Shown: positions 43,880-54,570, counted from the stretch's first letter. The stretch: 64,000 bases of DNA from an uncultured Actinomycetes bacterium (GCA_963824995.1 CAWGRK010000009.1:235934-299933); one strand, 5' to 3'. Notes: generated by a model from the letters alone, not told the origin. Translations and numbers: made by a program.

Positions 43880-45222
43880 ATGACCCTGGAATGGCTCGCC
43901 ATCATCATGTTCGTCCTCTTCCTCGGACTGCTCCTCATCGGCTACCCAGTGGCCTTCTCGTTCGCCGCCACCGCGATCGTGTTCGGTGGGATCGGGCTGA
44001 TGTTGGGAATCTTCCCCATCCAAAACTTCAACCTCCAGTTCAACCGCTGGTTCGGTGACGGGGTGAGCAGCTTCGTTCTCTGGCGGTTCCCTTCTTCGTC
44101 TTCATGGGGGCGGTGTTCGAGAAGTCGGGGTTGGCGGAACGACTGATCACCACCGTCGGACTGCTGATGGGTCCGCTCAAGGGCGGACTGGCGTTGGCAG
44201 TCGTGGTCGTCGGTGCCCTGTTGGGTGCCGCCACCGGCGTGGTTGCGGCGACAGTGATCATGATGGGTCTGCTCTCGCTCCCGGCGATGCTCCGATATGG
44301 GTACGACCACAAGCTGGCGACCGGAGTGATAACCGCTTCGGGGACCCTGGCCCAGCTGATACCGCCCAGCCTCGTGCTCATCGTGATTTCCAGCCAAATG
44401 CCGAATGTGTCGGTGGGAAAACTGTTCGCAGGCGCCCTTATCCCCGGTCTGATCCTCGCCGGGCTCTACGCCGTGTACTCGGTCGCCTTCGCCTACATCA
44501 AGCCGGGAGTGGCCCCGGCACTCCCCAAGGAGGAGCGGAACCTGACGGGGGGCGAGTTATTCCGGAGAACGCTGGGCGCGGTCATCCCTCCGCTGATCCT
44601 CATCTTCGCCGTGCTGGGCAGCATCTTCTTCGGCATCGCAACCCCAACCGAAGCAGGATCGGTGGGAGCGGTGGGTGCACTGATCCTCGCCCTCGTCAAC
44701 CGCCGGCTCACTTGGGACGTGGTCAAGGACGCGGCCAAGTCCACCGCCCGGATCACCGTGTTGGTTCTTCAGATCCTTTTCGCCTCGTCGCTGTTCGCTC
44801 TGGTGTTCGATCGGTTGGGCGGTCAGAGCCTCATAACCGAGTGGCTCACCAGCATCCCGGGCGGCTTCTGGGGCTTCATCATCGCCGCCAACATCATCGT
44901 GTTCCTATTGGGGATCAATCTGGAGTTCCTCGAGATCAGCTTCATTGTGCTGCCTCTCTTCGTCCCCGCCGCGATCGCCCTCGGCGTGGACCTGACCTGG
45001 TTCAGCGTGATGATGGCGGTCAACCTCAACATCGCCTTCATCTCGCCACCCGTCGGGTTCTCGCTGTTCGATCTACAAAGCGTTGCTCCCGAAGAGGTGC
45101 GCACCGCCGACATACACCGGGGCGCGCTCCCCTTCATGGCGCTCCAGGTGGTGGCCTTGATCATCGTCATCCTGGCGCCGGGGACCGTCACCTGGCTGGT
45201 CGAGGTGAGCGGGCTCTCCTAG
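43880..45222 (+). CDS. TRAP transporter large permease (DctM); frameshift near 44085
   Basis: [31 protein letters not shown]. Confidence 0.92.
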
Positions 45223-45225
45223 GCC

Positions 45226-46409
45226 TCAGCCTGGCTGTGGGGCCACGAAGTCGATCATCGCCCGCTCCGCCACCCCGAACCACGTATTGACCTGGTCGTG
45301 GAAGGCCGTCCACTCAGTGAAGATCTCGCCGTAAGCCGGGTCAGCAGCCGCCGTTTCGTCGTACAACTCGAATGCTTCGGTTTGCGCCGCCTCCATCACG
45401 TCGTCCGGGAAGGGGAGGACCGTTACGTCCGAGTTGTTGAGGATCTCGGCGAAGGCCACGGGGTTCTGGGCGTCGTAACGGGCCATCATGGTGACATTCG
45501 CCTCATAGGCGGCGGTGCGGACGATGTCCTGGTAGAGGCTTGGCAGCTCGTTCCACTGGTCGAGCGCGATCTGGACCTCGAAGAGTCGGCCCTGGCTCCC
45601 ACCATCCGGGGTAGTAATAGAACTGTGCCACCGATTGGAAGTCGAGCTTGAGGTCGTCGTACGGACCGACCCACTCGGCAGCGTCCACCGCCCCGGTCTG
45701 GAGCGCCTGGAAGATCTCGGCTCCGGCGAGCACCTGAACCGAGACGCCGAGTCGTTCCATGACCGCTGCCCCTTGGCCGGGAATTCGAAACCGCAGTCCT
45801 CTGAGGTCATCGACGCTCCCGATCTCGGTGTTGAACCAACCACCCATCTGTACCCCGGTGTTACCTGCAGGGAACTGGATGACGTTGAACTGGGATGCGT
45901 AGAACTCCTGGAGCATCTCCAACCCGCCCCCGAAGTACAGCCAGGCGTTCTGCTGGCGGTCGTTGAGACCGAATGGAAGGGCGGTGCCGAACGCGGTGAC
46001 CGGGCTGAGACCGGTGTAGTAGTACGAAGCGGTGTGACCCGCCTGGGCACCGCCGCTCTGGACCGTCTGGAGCACCTCGAGCGGTGGCGCAATCTCACCA
46101 CCCTCGCGGGCGTTGACGACGAACCGCCCCCCGCTGAGCGAGTTGACCCGATCGGCGAATGTGGTGGCTCCCCCGAAGATGGTGTCGAGCGCGGCCGGCC
46201 AACTGGTCGGCATCTCCCACTCGATCTCGGGGAAGCGACTCATCGGCCGCAGCCGCCTCGGTCAACTCGGTGGAGGTGCCGTCGGCCCCTGGCGCCGCCT
46301 GGTTCTGGCAGGCGAGCAGACCGATGGCTGTGGCGCCGAGCGCTCCCTTGGCCGCCATTCCCAGAAAATCGCGGCGATCGACCGTGCTGGATCCGTCGTG
46401 CTTGTCCAC
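45226..46409 (-). CDS. TRAP substrate-binding protein (DctP, TakP-like) with Tat-type lipoprotein signal; frameshifts near 46240 and 45585
   Basis: [41 protein letters not shown]. Confidence 0.88.
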
Positions 46410-46652
46410 GTCTCACCTCCAGGCGTGCCCCCGTCGACCGCTGCTCGCGGCCACTGCCGAGAATACGAAGGTCGATCGTGATTTGCCGCCGGCATGGCGG
46501 TTCATTTCCGCCGCCAGACCATGACCTACCAGGACCGTTAGCATCGTGCTGGGCACGGGCGACCAGTCAGGCGGCCGAGGTCCGAGCGATCAGAGTTGTT
46601 CAGGCTCGGAGAATCCCCCAACCGTCCGCGGTGGGGAGAGAGGAGCGATCCG

Positions 46653-47541
46653 ATGGCCGACCGCGCCAAGATGACGCGCACCGGACGTGCTCGCCCGCAA
46701 AGGCGGGCCGAAGCTGGTGATGATCACCGCCTACGACCACCCCTCGGCGATCATCGCCTCGGAGGCCGGAGTGGACATCATCCTGGTGGGCGACTCGCTG
46801 GCCAACGTGGTCCACGGCTACGACGAGACCCTGCTGGTGGACCTCGACATCATGGTGCAGCACACGGCAGCGGTGTCACGTGCCGAGCCCAACTGCCTGG
46901 TTGTGGGCGACCTCCCTTGGATGAGCTATCACATCTCGGTCGAAGAGACCGTCCGCAACGCCGGGAGACTGGTGAGGGATGGCGGCGCCGAGGCGGTCAA
47001 GCTCGAAGGGGGTCGGAAGAGGCTGCCCATGGTCCGCGCCATCCTCGATGCCGAGATCCCGGTCATGGGGCACATCGGGCTGACCCCGCAATCGGTGCAC
47101 GCCATGGGTGGCTTCAAGGTCCAGGGCAGGGCGGTCGAGCAGGCCAGAGCCCTGATCGACGACGCCAGGGCGCTTGCAGACGCAGGCGTGTTCTCGCTGG
47201 TCCTCGAGGGCGTGCCCGATGTGCTCGCCGCCGTGATCACCAAGGAGATATCGGTACCCACCATCGGGATCGGAGCCGGTTCCGGATGTGACGGCCAGGT
47301 GCTCGTCTGGCATGACGCTCTCGGTCTGAGCTTCGGACATTCGCCCAAGTTCGTCCGGAAGTACGCCGATCTCGGCGGGATCGCCATCGAGGCGTTGCGC
47401 TCGTACGCCGCCGACGTTCAGGCAGGCGAATTCCCCAACGACGACGAGAGCTATCACATGAGCGACGAGGCGGCGGCGCTGCTCCTGGGAGAGCAGACCC
47501 GCAAACTCGACCTCGACCCCGACTGGCCTATGAGTTGGTGA
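46653..47541 (+). CDS. panB: 3-methyl-2-oxobutanoate hydroxymethyltransferase; indel near 46676
   Basis: MITAYD, LVGDSL, VKLEGG, GHIGLTPQS, IGIGAG..CDGQVLV. Confidence 0.96.
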
Positions 47542-48490
47542 TACCCCCTGCTCCCGGGCCCGCAGCCTCCCATGTGGCCTCTTCCGACGGCGTTGTCGAT
47601 AGGCCTTTGAACACCGGCGCCCTCAGGCGCGGCCCAGCGGTCCACTGCTTGTAGGCGACCTCGGCCACCACCACCGGCTGAACCCAGCGCGACCCTGCCG
47701 GGATCAACTGATCGGGATGGAACGGTGCCTCGGCCTGTTCCAGTCCCTCAAGTCGGGACATGAACATCGCCAGCGTCCGATCGTCGAACCCGCTACCCAC
47801 TGCCCCCACCCACCGCAGGGCGGGGCCGTCCCAGAGACCGACGAGCAGGGCGCCGAAGCTGTTGCGCCTGGCGCCCTCGCCTCGGGTGAAGCCTCCGATC
47901 ACTGCAGACATCTGATAGACGCAGGCGACCTTGCGCCAGTCGGGAGACCGGGTCCCACTCCGATACAACGAGCCCCTCCGTTTGGCCACGATCCCCTCCA
48001 GGCTTTCGGCCTCGACCGCCTGGTACAAAGCCTCTCCGGCGGCTTCGACCTGGGAGGAGACCACCATCGGTGCGGGCAGATCGAGTTCGGCCAACAGGTC
48101 GCGGCGTTGCTCGAGCGGCCTCCCCGTGAGGTCGCCACCGGCGTGGAGCAGGTCGAAGACCATGTAGCTCGCCGGCATCCCGATCGATGCCCGCCTGCCA
48201 TCGGTCAGGTTCATCCGGGATTGCAGCATCTGGAACGAGGGGTGACCCCGATCGTCGAGCACGACGATCTCACCATCGAGGACCAGGGGCACATCGGGGT
48301 GGAAGCCGGATAGCTCCGGATAGGTGGGGAGAACGTGGCGTCCCCTCCTGCTGCGGATCGACAGCGCCTCGCCATCCCAGCACCACAGCGCTCTTACCCC
48401 GTCCCATTTCACCTCGAAGAGCCAATCGGGATCGGTGAACGCCGCCGGCCAGGGACTGGCGAGCATGGGCTCGTATCGTCGAAGGGTCAA
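47528..48490 (-). CDS. ATP-dependent DNA ligase (stand-alone LigD/LigC-type ligase domain)
   Basis: PMLA, FEVKWDGVR, LDGEIV, FDLL, EGIVAKR, VGSGF, LRAPVF. Confidence 0.92.
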   Translation of the reverse strand: MTLRRYEPMLASPWPAAFTDPDWLFEVKWDGVRALWCWDGEALSIRSRRGRHVLPTYPELSGFHPDVPLVLDGEIVVLDDRGHPSFQMLQSRMNLTDGRRASIGMPASYMVFDLLHAGGDLTGRPLEQRRDLLAELDLPAPMVVSSQVEAAGEALYQAVEAESLEGIVAKRRGSLYRSGTRSPDWRKVACVYQMSAVIGGFTRGEGARRNSFGALLVGLWDGPALRWVGAVGSGFDDRTLAMFMSRLEGLEQAEAPFHPDQLIPAGSRWVQPVVVAEVAYKQWTAGPRLRAPVFKGLSTTPSEEATWEAAGPGAGGITNS

Positions 48491-48984
48491 TTCCCGTCGT
48501 CTGCCTCGGCGCCACCGCCCTCGAGCACCTGACGCACCAGACGGTTGACCATGGCCCCATCCAACTCGTCGCGGCGGTCGCGCATCAACTTCCCGATCAC
48601 CTGCCCCGCCTGCTTGGGGTCGGTAGCGCCGACCTCGGCAACCGCTTCCTCGACAATGCGAAGCGTCTCCTCCTCGCCAAGGGTGGATGGGAGCCACTTG
48701 GCCAAATAGGCAACCTCATAACCCAGCTTGGCGGCCATCGCCTCGCCCCGCTCCCCCGCTGCCAGGTACTCGCCTCTGGCCTTCTCCATCTTCTTCACAT
48801 ACGAGCTGATGACCCGGCGGTAGAGATGGTCGTCCACCTCGCCGCTGAACCCCGGTTCGGAGCGGGCCACCGCAACCTCGGTCTCGATCTGGCGGATCAC
48901 GTCCCGGCGGTCGCGATCCTTTGCGCGCATCGCATCGCGCAGCTCGGCGGCGAGTTGCTCCTTGATGGTTGGGTCCTCAGTCAC
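48487..48984 (-). CDS. GatB/YqeY domain protein
   Basis: IKEQL...AMRAKD, WLP..L.EEE, GQVIG.LM. Confidence 0.88.
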   Translation of the reverse strand: MTEDPTIKEQLAAELRDAMRAKDRDRRDVIRQIETEVAVARSEPGFSGEVDDHLYRRVISSYVKKMEKARGEYLAAGERGEAMAAKLGYEVAYLAKWLPSTLGEEETLRIVEEAVAEVGATDPKQAGQVIGKLMRDRRDELDGAMVNRLVRQVLEGGGAEADDGN

Positions 48985-49687
48985 GTCCCGCCACCTCTCC
49001 CAATTGAGCGGTCAAACCAACGGGGTCGTTGGTGATGATCCCGTGTACTCCCGCTTCGGCCAGGACGGTGGCGAGGTGCGGGTCGTCAACCGTCCAAACG
49101 ACCAATTCGATGCCGGACTCGTGGGCCTCGAGAATCTTCGCGTCCGGGTTGTCGGCCAGCAGTGACCAGTGCGGGGCAACCACAGGATGACCTTCGCTAA
49201 CCGCATCCTCGATCGCGGCTCCGAGCGCCCCCTCCTCGGGGACGAGGAAGCCGGTGCGCAGTTCAGGCTTGGCGGCACGCACCGCAGCAACGGTGCCGAG
49301 GTGGAACGAGGTGACGAGGTCTCCAGGGCGGGCGGCTTCCGCCACGTCGATGGGGAACTGGTACGTGTTGTCGAATCCCGGCTCCCACGGGTGGTGCTTG
49401 ATCTCCAGATTGAGGGGCACCGGGCACGCCGCGGCTACCGCGGCCAGGTCCGGCGGGTTCGTGCCCTTCCCCAGGTCGGTGTCGCGCAGCGCCTCCCACG
49501 GGGTTTCCGCGATCACCCTGTCCCCCAACACCGGATCGTGGCTGAGCATGAGGACACCATCGGCGCTCCGCCTCACATCCACCTCGACCATGTCGCACAC
49601 CGAAGCCGCGGCGACGATCCCGTCGAGCGTGTTGTCGGGGTACTCCAGCGGGAGCCCTCGATGGCCGATTATCAGTGGTACCACCAC
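48977..49687 (-). CDS. Glycerophosphodiester phosphodiesterase family protein
   Basis: IGHRG, EVDV...DG....HD, NLEIK, WTVDD, GIITNDP. Confidence 0.92.
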   Translation of the reverse strand: MVVPLIIGHRGLPLEYPDNTLDGIVAAASVCDMVEVDVRRSADGVLMLSHDPVLGDRVIAETPWEALRDTDLGKGTNPPDLAAVAAACPVPLNLEIKHHPWEPGFDNTYQFPIDVAEAARPGDLVTSFHLGTVAAVRAAKPELRTGFLVPEEGALGAAIEDAVSEGHPVVAPHWSLLADNPDAKILEAHESGIELVVWTVDDPHLATVLAEAGVHGIITNDPVGLTAQLGEVAGRD

Positions 49688-49720
49688 GGTGCCTACCTGG
49701 TCGATTCGTCAAAGAACCCC

Positions 49721-49749
49721 TTGCGACACACCAGGGTCACCGGTAGGGT
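49721..49749 (+). promoter_or_regulatory. Putative whiB promoter TTGCGA-N17-TAGGGT
   Basis: Motif match and spacing. Confidence 0.5.
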
Positions 49750-49792
49750 ACCGGTCACGTAAATACAGCTAGGCACTCGCGTTTGCCTTGGC

Positions 49793-49810
49793 TTGTGAAA
49801 TCTCTCACAA
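49793..49810. promoter_or_regulatory. Rex/CRP-type palindrome TTGTGAAATCTCTCACAA upstream of whiB
   Basis: Exact TGTGA-N6-TCACA; one mismatch to the Rex consensus. Confidence 0.72.
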
Positions 49811-49833
49811 TCATCCTCCAGGAGTCCAACCCC

Positions 49834-50118
49834 GTGTTAACCCTCACCCCAGATTCCCTGTTGACCGAATGGCGCGAGGTTGCCGCCTGCCGTGATTCCG
49901 AGCCGAGCCTCTTCTTCCCGATCGGCACCACCGGGCCTGCGATAGACCAGATCGTCGCCGCCAAGGAGATCTGCAGCGAGTGCGTGGTCAAGGACGCCTG
50001 CCTGCTCTATGCCCTGGAGACCAACCAGGAGAGCGGCGTGTGGGGTGGGTACGCCGAGGACGAGAGGCGCCGCCTCCGCAAGCGCTGGCTGGCTGAGCGC
50101 CGCCGCCGAGCCAGCTGA
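49834..50118 (+). CDS. WhiB family Fe-S transcription factor (WhiB1/WblE-like)
   Basis: WREVAAC...PSLFFPIGTTGPA, CxxC, C, GVWGG..EDERR; CAGGAG RBS. Confidence 0.93.
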   Translation: MLTLTPDSLLTEWREVAACRDSEPSLFFPIGTTGPAIDQIVAAKEICSECVVKDACLLYALETNQESGVWGGYAEDERRRLRKRWLAERRRRAS

Positions 50119-50120
50119 GC

Positions 50121-50348
50121 TCATCCCCCCGAAGAGAACCCCACGGATCTCTCCGCGGCGGTCTCCACTTCGACGAAGCCGATACGCCCCAGCGGCAAGC
50201 CGACGCGCCGACCCTTGCTGTCGGTGATCCAGAACATCAACTTGCCGGTGGCGAACGCCTCGTCGATCTCGGTGATGAAGGCGTCGTGATCTTCGATGTC
50301 GAATTCGACGACCCGGTCCGTGTCGGCAACGCCGATCCTCACTTGCAC
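50121..50348 (-). CDS. DUF3107 family protein
   Basis: VRIGV, W.TDSKGRRV, IGFVE, VGF pattern. Confidence 0.8.
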   Translation of the reverse strand: MQVRIGVADTDRVVEFDIEDHDAFITEIDEAFATGKLMFWITDSKGRRVGLPLGRIGFVEVETAAERSVGFSSGG

Positions 50349-50470
50349 CCTGGCTCCTTCTGAGTTGGCTTCGGATGGTACAACCGTCACCAATGGCCAC
50401 CGGATGTTGCATGACGTTGTTCCACGACGTTCAGTTGTCATCAGCGTCCCTCCACGCTAGGCTTCCGCGC

Positions 50471-51343
50471 ATGACCGCCCAGTCGCGATCCGGAGCGGCA
50501 ATTCGCCTTGGCGCTGTCATCGCGGTCGAGGCATTTGCGGTTTTCGCCCTCCACCGCTTGGGAAACGTCCCTGGGTTCTCTCCCGATTGGTCCGACCTCG
50601 GCGGCTGGTTGGCGAGCGTGTCCCCTGAGGACGCCATCGCTACCACGCTTCGGTTGGTTGCCCTCGCACTCGCCTGGTGGCTGCTGGTGACGACCGTCCT
50701 CTATGCCCTGGGCCGACTCGCCGGGTTGGTCGGTCTGGTACGGGCGGTCGAGTGGGCAACCCTCCCCGTGGTGCGGCGCATGGCTGACCGTGCCGCCGCC
50801 CTCAGCCTGGCGGTCATGACCGTGGCCACGCCGGCGGTGGCGGTCATCGCCCCCATCCCGGCGGTGGAGCACGTGACGAGCGGTCGGTCCGCCGACGAGC
50901 CGGTGCTCTCCCCTCCGGTCCCGCAACCACCACACGTAACCCGGGGCTCCCCGCCGGAAACTACCGACCCTGCCCTTCCCCCACCGGTACCCCAGTTGGG
51001 CGAGGTCTCCTACACACCCGCCCCGGCGGGCGATGCCGGCGCCACCTGGAGCCCGCCGACGCCACCTGCACGGCGCGCCGTGATCCGTACCGGCACCTCA
51101 TCATCAGCACAGGAGCAGGTCGCGATCCCCGCCGAACGCGTCGTCGTGCCCGGTGACAACCTGTGGATCATCTCCGAGCAGCACCTCGAGCAGGTCACCG
51201 GTCGAACCGACCTGAGCGACCAGGAGGTCGCCAACTACTGGGTCTTGGTCATCGAGGCGAACCGCAAACGGGTCCGCTCGGGCGACCCTGACCTGATCTA
51301 CCCGGGTGAGGTGATCGTCCTCCCGCCGGTCAGCCGGGGATAA
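50471..51343 (+). CDS. Membrane protein with Pro-rich linker and C-terminal LysM-like domain
   Basis: VVPGDNLWIIS...DPDLIYPGEV. Confidence 0.82.
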   Translation: MTAQSRSGAAIRLGAVIAVEAFAVFALHRLGNVPGFSPDWSDLGGWLASVSPEDAIATTLRLVALALAWWLLVTTVLYALGRLAGLVGLVRAVEWATLPVVRRMADRAAALSLAVMTVATPAVAVIAPIPAVEHVTSGRSADEPVLSPPVPQPPHVTRGSPPETTDPALPPPVPQLGEVSYTPAPAGDAGATWSPPTPPARRAVIRTGTSSSAQEQVAIPAERVVVPGDNLWIISEQHLEQVTGRTDLSDQEVANYWVLVIEANRKRVRSGDPDLIYPGEVIVLPPVSRG

Positions 51344-51734
51344 AGCTGAGCCGCAGCGAACGCTGCGGATTGTCCCGGTTGAGATCGACCAGCACCACCG
51401 ACTGCCAGGTCCCCAGCGCCAACCGACCCGAGATCACCGGGATCGTGATGCTCGGATTGATGAACGCCGGCAGGACGTGGTCAGCCCCGTGTCCCTCCGA
51501 TCCGTGACGATGCCGCCACCGCTCATCGCGGGGTAGCAGCCGGTCGAGCGCATCGACCAGATCGCTCTCGGTCCCCGACCCGGTCTCGATCAACGCCACC
51601 CCGGCGGTGGCGTGCGGGACGAACACGGAGAGCAGACCGTCTCCCCTCTCCCGAACGAACCCCGCAACCTCGGCCGTCACGTCGACGATGGCCGGCTCTC
51701 CACCGGTCCGAAATGTCAGGATCGCCGTGTCCAT
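51330..51734 (-). CDS. YjbQ/UPF0047 family protein
   Basis: FVPHATAG, HRHGS.GHGADH, LGTWQS. Confidence 0.9.
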   Translation of the reverse strand: MDTAILTFRTGGEPAIVDVTAEVAGFVRERGDGLLSVFVPHATAGVALIETGSGTESDLVDALDRLLPRDERWRHRHGSEGHGADHVLPAFINPSITIPVISGRLALGTWQSVVLVDLNRDNPQRSLRLSFIPG

Positions 51735-51764
51735 GAGGTCTCCCGTGAAATCTGTTGACGGAGC

Positions 51765-52010
51765 ACGGTAGGGACTTCCCCAGCCCCGATACCCGGTGAT
51801 CCGCAGCGGCTCCCTTCCCCCCTCCGGGGGTACGGAAAGAGATGCGCTGCGAGGCTCCCTCCGCCGGGGGAGGCGCGAGCGGAGCGAGCGGAGGGGTGAT
51901 GCTTGTACGGCGGCGGGGTCACTCTCCCCAACCGGAGTCACCCTCCCCCAACCCCTCTCTCAAAGGGGAGTCGGAGCCAAGCATCTGCCGTCCGCCGTCC
52001 GCTATGCCCG
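51765..52010. repeat. Cluster of GC-rich palindromic elements with a short heptamer tail
   Basis: Minus-strand TTCCGTACCCCCGGAGGGGGGAAGGGAGCCGCTGCGGA; also TCACCCTCCCCCAACCCCTCTCTCAAAGGGGAG. Confidence 0.7.
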
Positions 52011-52013
52011 CCG

Positions 52014-52985
52014 CTAGAGGTTTTCTCCGAGGAAGATCTCGCTCACCGAGCTCTCCATGAAGATTGCTTCGAGGGCTTCGGCGACGATGGGGGCTACCGA
52101 GAGGACAGTGATGTTCTCGAGTTGGGTTGCGGCCTCGGGCAGCGGGAGCGTGTTGGTGAGCACCACTTCATCGATCGCGGCGTTTTTGAGCCGGTCGATT
52201 GATGGCGGCGAGAGCACACCGTGGGTGGCGGCGACCGACACGCTCAGCGCGCCCTTTGCCCTGAGCAGCTCGGCGGCGTTGGCGACGGTTCCAGCGGTTC
52301 CGATGATGTCGTCGACGATGACCGCATGGCGTCCTTCCACCTCACCGACCACTGCCAGTGCTTCGGAGACATCATGCTCGGTCGGCTTGCGGCGTTTGTG
52401 GATGAAAGCGACATAGGCGCCGAGATGACGGGCGAACTTCTCGGCCCGCTTCACGCCGCCGGCATCGGGGGATACCACGGTCGTCTCGCCCTCGAGCCGC
52501 TCCTGGAGGTAGTCCACCAGGATCGGAAGCGCCGTGAGGTGGTCGAAAGGCTCGGAGATGAAGCCCTGAGTCTGACCGGTGTGGAGATCGACGGAGACGA
52601 TTCGTTCGGCGCCCGATGTCAGGAAGAGGTCACCGAGCAGCCGTGCGGTGATCGGCTCACGTGGCAGGACCTTCTTATCCTGTTTGGAGTAACCGTAGAA
52701 GGGGACGACGGCGGTGATCGCCCGCGCCGACGCCCTTTTCAGGGCGTCGATCGTGATCAACTGCTCCATGATGTGGTGATTGATCGGGTGGGAGTGGCTC
52801 TGAAGGACGAAGCAATCGGCGCCGCGCACGCTCTCAGTGGGACGGACGTAGATCTCGCCGTCGGCGAAAGTGGACAACTCCAGTCCACCGAGTCGGACGC
52901 CGAGCAACTCGGCGACCTCCTCGGCGAGCGCGGGATTGGCGCTCCCGCCGAACAGCATCAGCCGCTTGCGGCTGACCACCTCCAC
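52014..52985 (-). CDS. prs: Ribose-phosphate pyrophosphokinase
   Basis: FADGE, ESVRG, REPITA, DLH, VVSPDAGG, VDDII.TAGT. Confidence 0.97.
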   Translation of the reverse strand: MEVVSRKRLMLFGGSANPALAEEVAELLGVRLGGLELSTFADGEIYVRPTESVRGADCFVLQSHSHPINHHIMEQLITIDALKRASARAITAVVPFYGYSKQDKKVLPREPITARLLGDLFLTSGAERIVSVDLHTGQTQGFISEPFDHLTALPILVDYLQERLEGETTVVSPDAGGVKRAEKFARHLGAYVAFIHKRRKPTEHDVSEALAVVGEVEGRHAVIVDDIIGTAGTVANAAELLRAKGALSVSVAATHGVLSPPSIDRLKNAAIDEVVLTNTLPLPEAATQLENITVLSVAPIVAEALEAIFMESSVSEIFLGENL

Positions 52986-52987
52986 GG

Positions 52988-54391
52988 TCAGGCCTCCTCC
53001 GGCTCCTCGGCTTCCCGGGCCCGCTTGGTCTCCCGGCGGCGCGCAGCGTAGCCGGGGACGTCCACCTGGCTCGCCCTCTCCACCGCCAAGGCGCCCGGAG
53101 GGACGTCACGGGTGATCACCGACCCGGCGCCGGTCACCGCATCGTCGCCGACGGTCACCGGCGCAACCAGCATCGTGTCGGATCCGATGAAGGCGCGGTC
53201 GCCCACGACCGTTCGCGACTTGCGGTATCCGTCGTAGTTGCAGGTGATGGTGCCGGCGCCGATGTTGGCGTTCTTGCCCACCTGGGTGTCCCCCAGATAG
53301 GTGAGGTGGGGCACCTTCGAGCCCTCCCCCACCGTCGTGCTCTTGGTCTCGACGAACGTGCCCACCTTCGAGCCGTCCCGAAGGATGCTCCCCGGCCGGA
53401 GCGAGGCGTAAGGCCCCACCTCGCACTCGTTGCCGACCACGGCGCCGCGCAGCACCGCATACCAGACGCGCGACTCGCCACCGATGACGGTGTCTGTTGC
53501 GAATACATCCGGTCCAACCACGGCCCCGGCGGCAACGTGGGTCCTCCCCTCGAGATGGACCCCAGGGTAGAGACGCACCCCCGGCTCCAACGTCACGTCC
53601 GGTCCCAGGTATGTGCGATCGGGGTCCTGCACCCAGACCCCCTCGTCCATCCAGCGCGACGCGATCTGGCGTCTCATCAGACGCGATGCCTCGGCCAACT
53701 GGTCATGGCTGTTGACCCCGAAGATCTCGTCTGCAGAGGTACGGAGCGCACCGAGGGAGTAACCCTCCTCGGCCAGCACCGAGATGACGTCGGTTAGATA
53801 GAACTCGCCCTGGACGTTGTCGGCCTTGAGCTGGTCGAGGGCGGCGGGAAGAAGGTCACCGCGGAAGGCGTACATGCCGGCATTGATCTCCCGGATCCCG
53901 AGTTGACCGGGCGCGGCATCGCCGTGCTCCACCACCCCCACCACGCGCCCGCGCTCGTCGCGCAGCACCCGTCCGTAACCGGTGGGGTCGGACATCTCGG
54001 CGGTGAGCAGAGTGACCGCGGCGTTGGTGCGGCGTTGCATCGAAACCAGATCGGCCAGGGTGGCGCTGGTGAGCAGCGGCGCATCGCCGTTGAGGATGAG
54101 CACGATGTCTTCCTCCACGCTGCCGAGTGCGGCCAGACCGACGCGTGCCGCGTCACCCGTCCCCAATAGCTCGTCCTGGATGCACCACCCGGCGTGATCG
54201 GGGAGCACATCGGCGACGTGGTCGGCACCGTGACCGACAACCACCATTATCTGGCCAGGGTCGATCCCAGCCACTGCGTCGACCACCCAGGAGATCATCG
54301 GACGGCCTGCCACGTCCGCCAGCACCTTGGGGAGCTTGGACCTCATCCGCGTCCCCTGACCGGCGGCCAGGATCACCGCTCGCACCGTCAC
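52988..54391 (-). CDS. glmU: Bifunctional UDP-GlcNAc pyrophosphorylase/GlcN-1-P acetyltransferase
   Basis: LAAGQGTRMRSKLPKVL, EINAG, YLTD, hexapeptide repeats, NYDG; GGAGG RBS. Confidence 0.97.
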   Translation of the reverse strand: MTVRAVILAAGQGTRMRSKLPKVLADVAGRPMISWVVDAVAGIDPGQIMVVVGHGADHVADVLPDHAGWCIQDELLGTGDAARVGLAALGSVEEDIVLILNGDAPLLTSATLADLVSMQRRTNAAVTLLTAEMSDPTGYGRVLRDERGRVVGVVEHGDAAPGQLGIREINAGMYAFRGDLLPAALDQLKADNVQGEFYLTDVISVLAEEGYSLGALRTSADEIFGVNSHDQLAEASRLMRRQIASRWMDEGVWVQDPDRTYLGPDVTLEPGVRLYPGVHLEGRTHVAAGAVVGPDVFATDTVIGGESRVWYAVLRGAVVGNECEVGPYASLRPGSILRDGSKVGTFVETKSTTVGEGSKVPHLTYLGDTQVGKNANIGAGTITCNYDGYRKSRTVVGDRAFIGSDTMLVAPVTVGDDAVTGAGSVITRDVPPGALAVERASQVDVPGYAARRRETKRAREAEEPEEA

Positions 54392-54438
54392 ATCGCCTCC
54401 AAATTTCGATTGTCGCTGCGGTGCTGCCACCGCTTTCG

Positions 54439-54510
54439 CTGGGGGGACAGGACTCGAACCCATACCAACGGGACCAAAACCCGTTGTGCTGCCAATTACA
54501 CCACCCCCCA
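54439..54510 (-). tRNA. tRNA-Gln(TTG)
   Basis: TGGGGGG/CCCCCCA acceptor, ACGGG-TTTTGGT-CCCGT anticodon arm, GGTTCGAGTCC; usual position upstream of glmU. Confidence 0.93.
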
Positions 54511-54570
54511 CTCTCGGCGGTCGGTCGGGGCCGCCGGGGAGACCCGCAAGTGTAGGGAGACTGTGATCGG

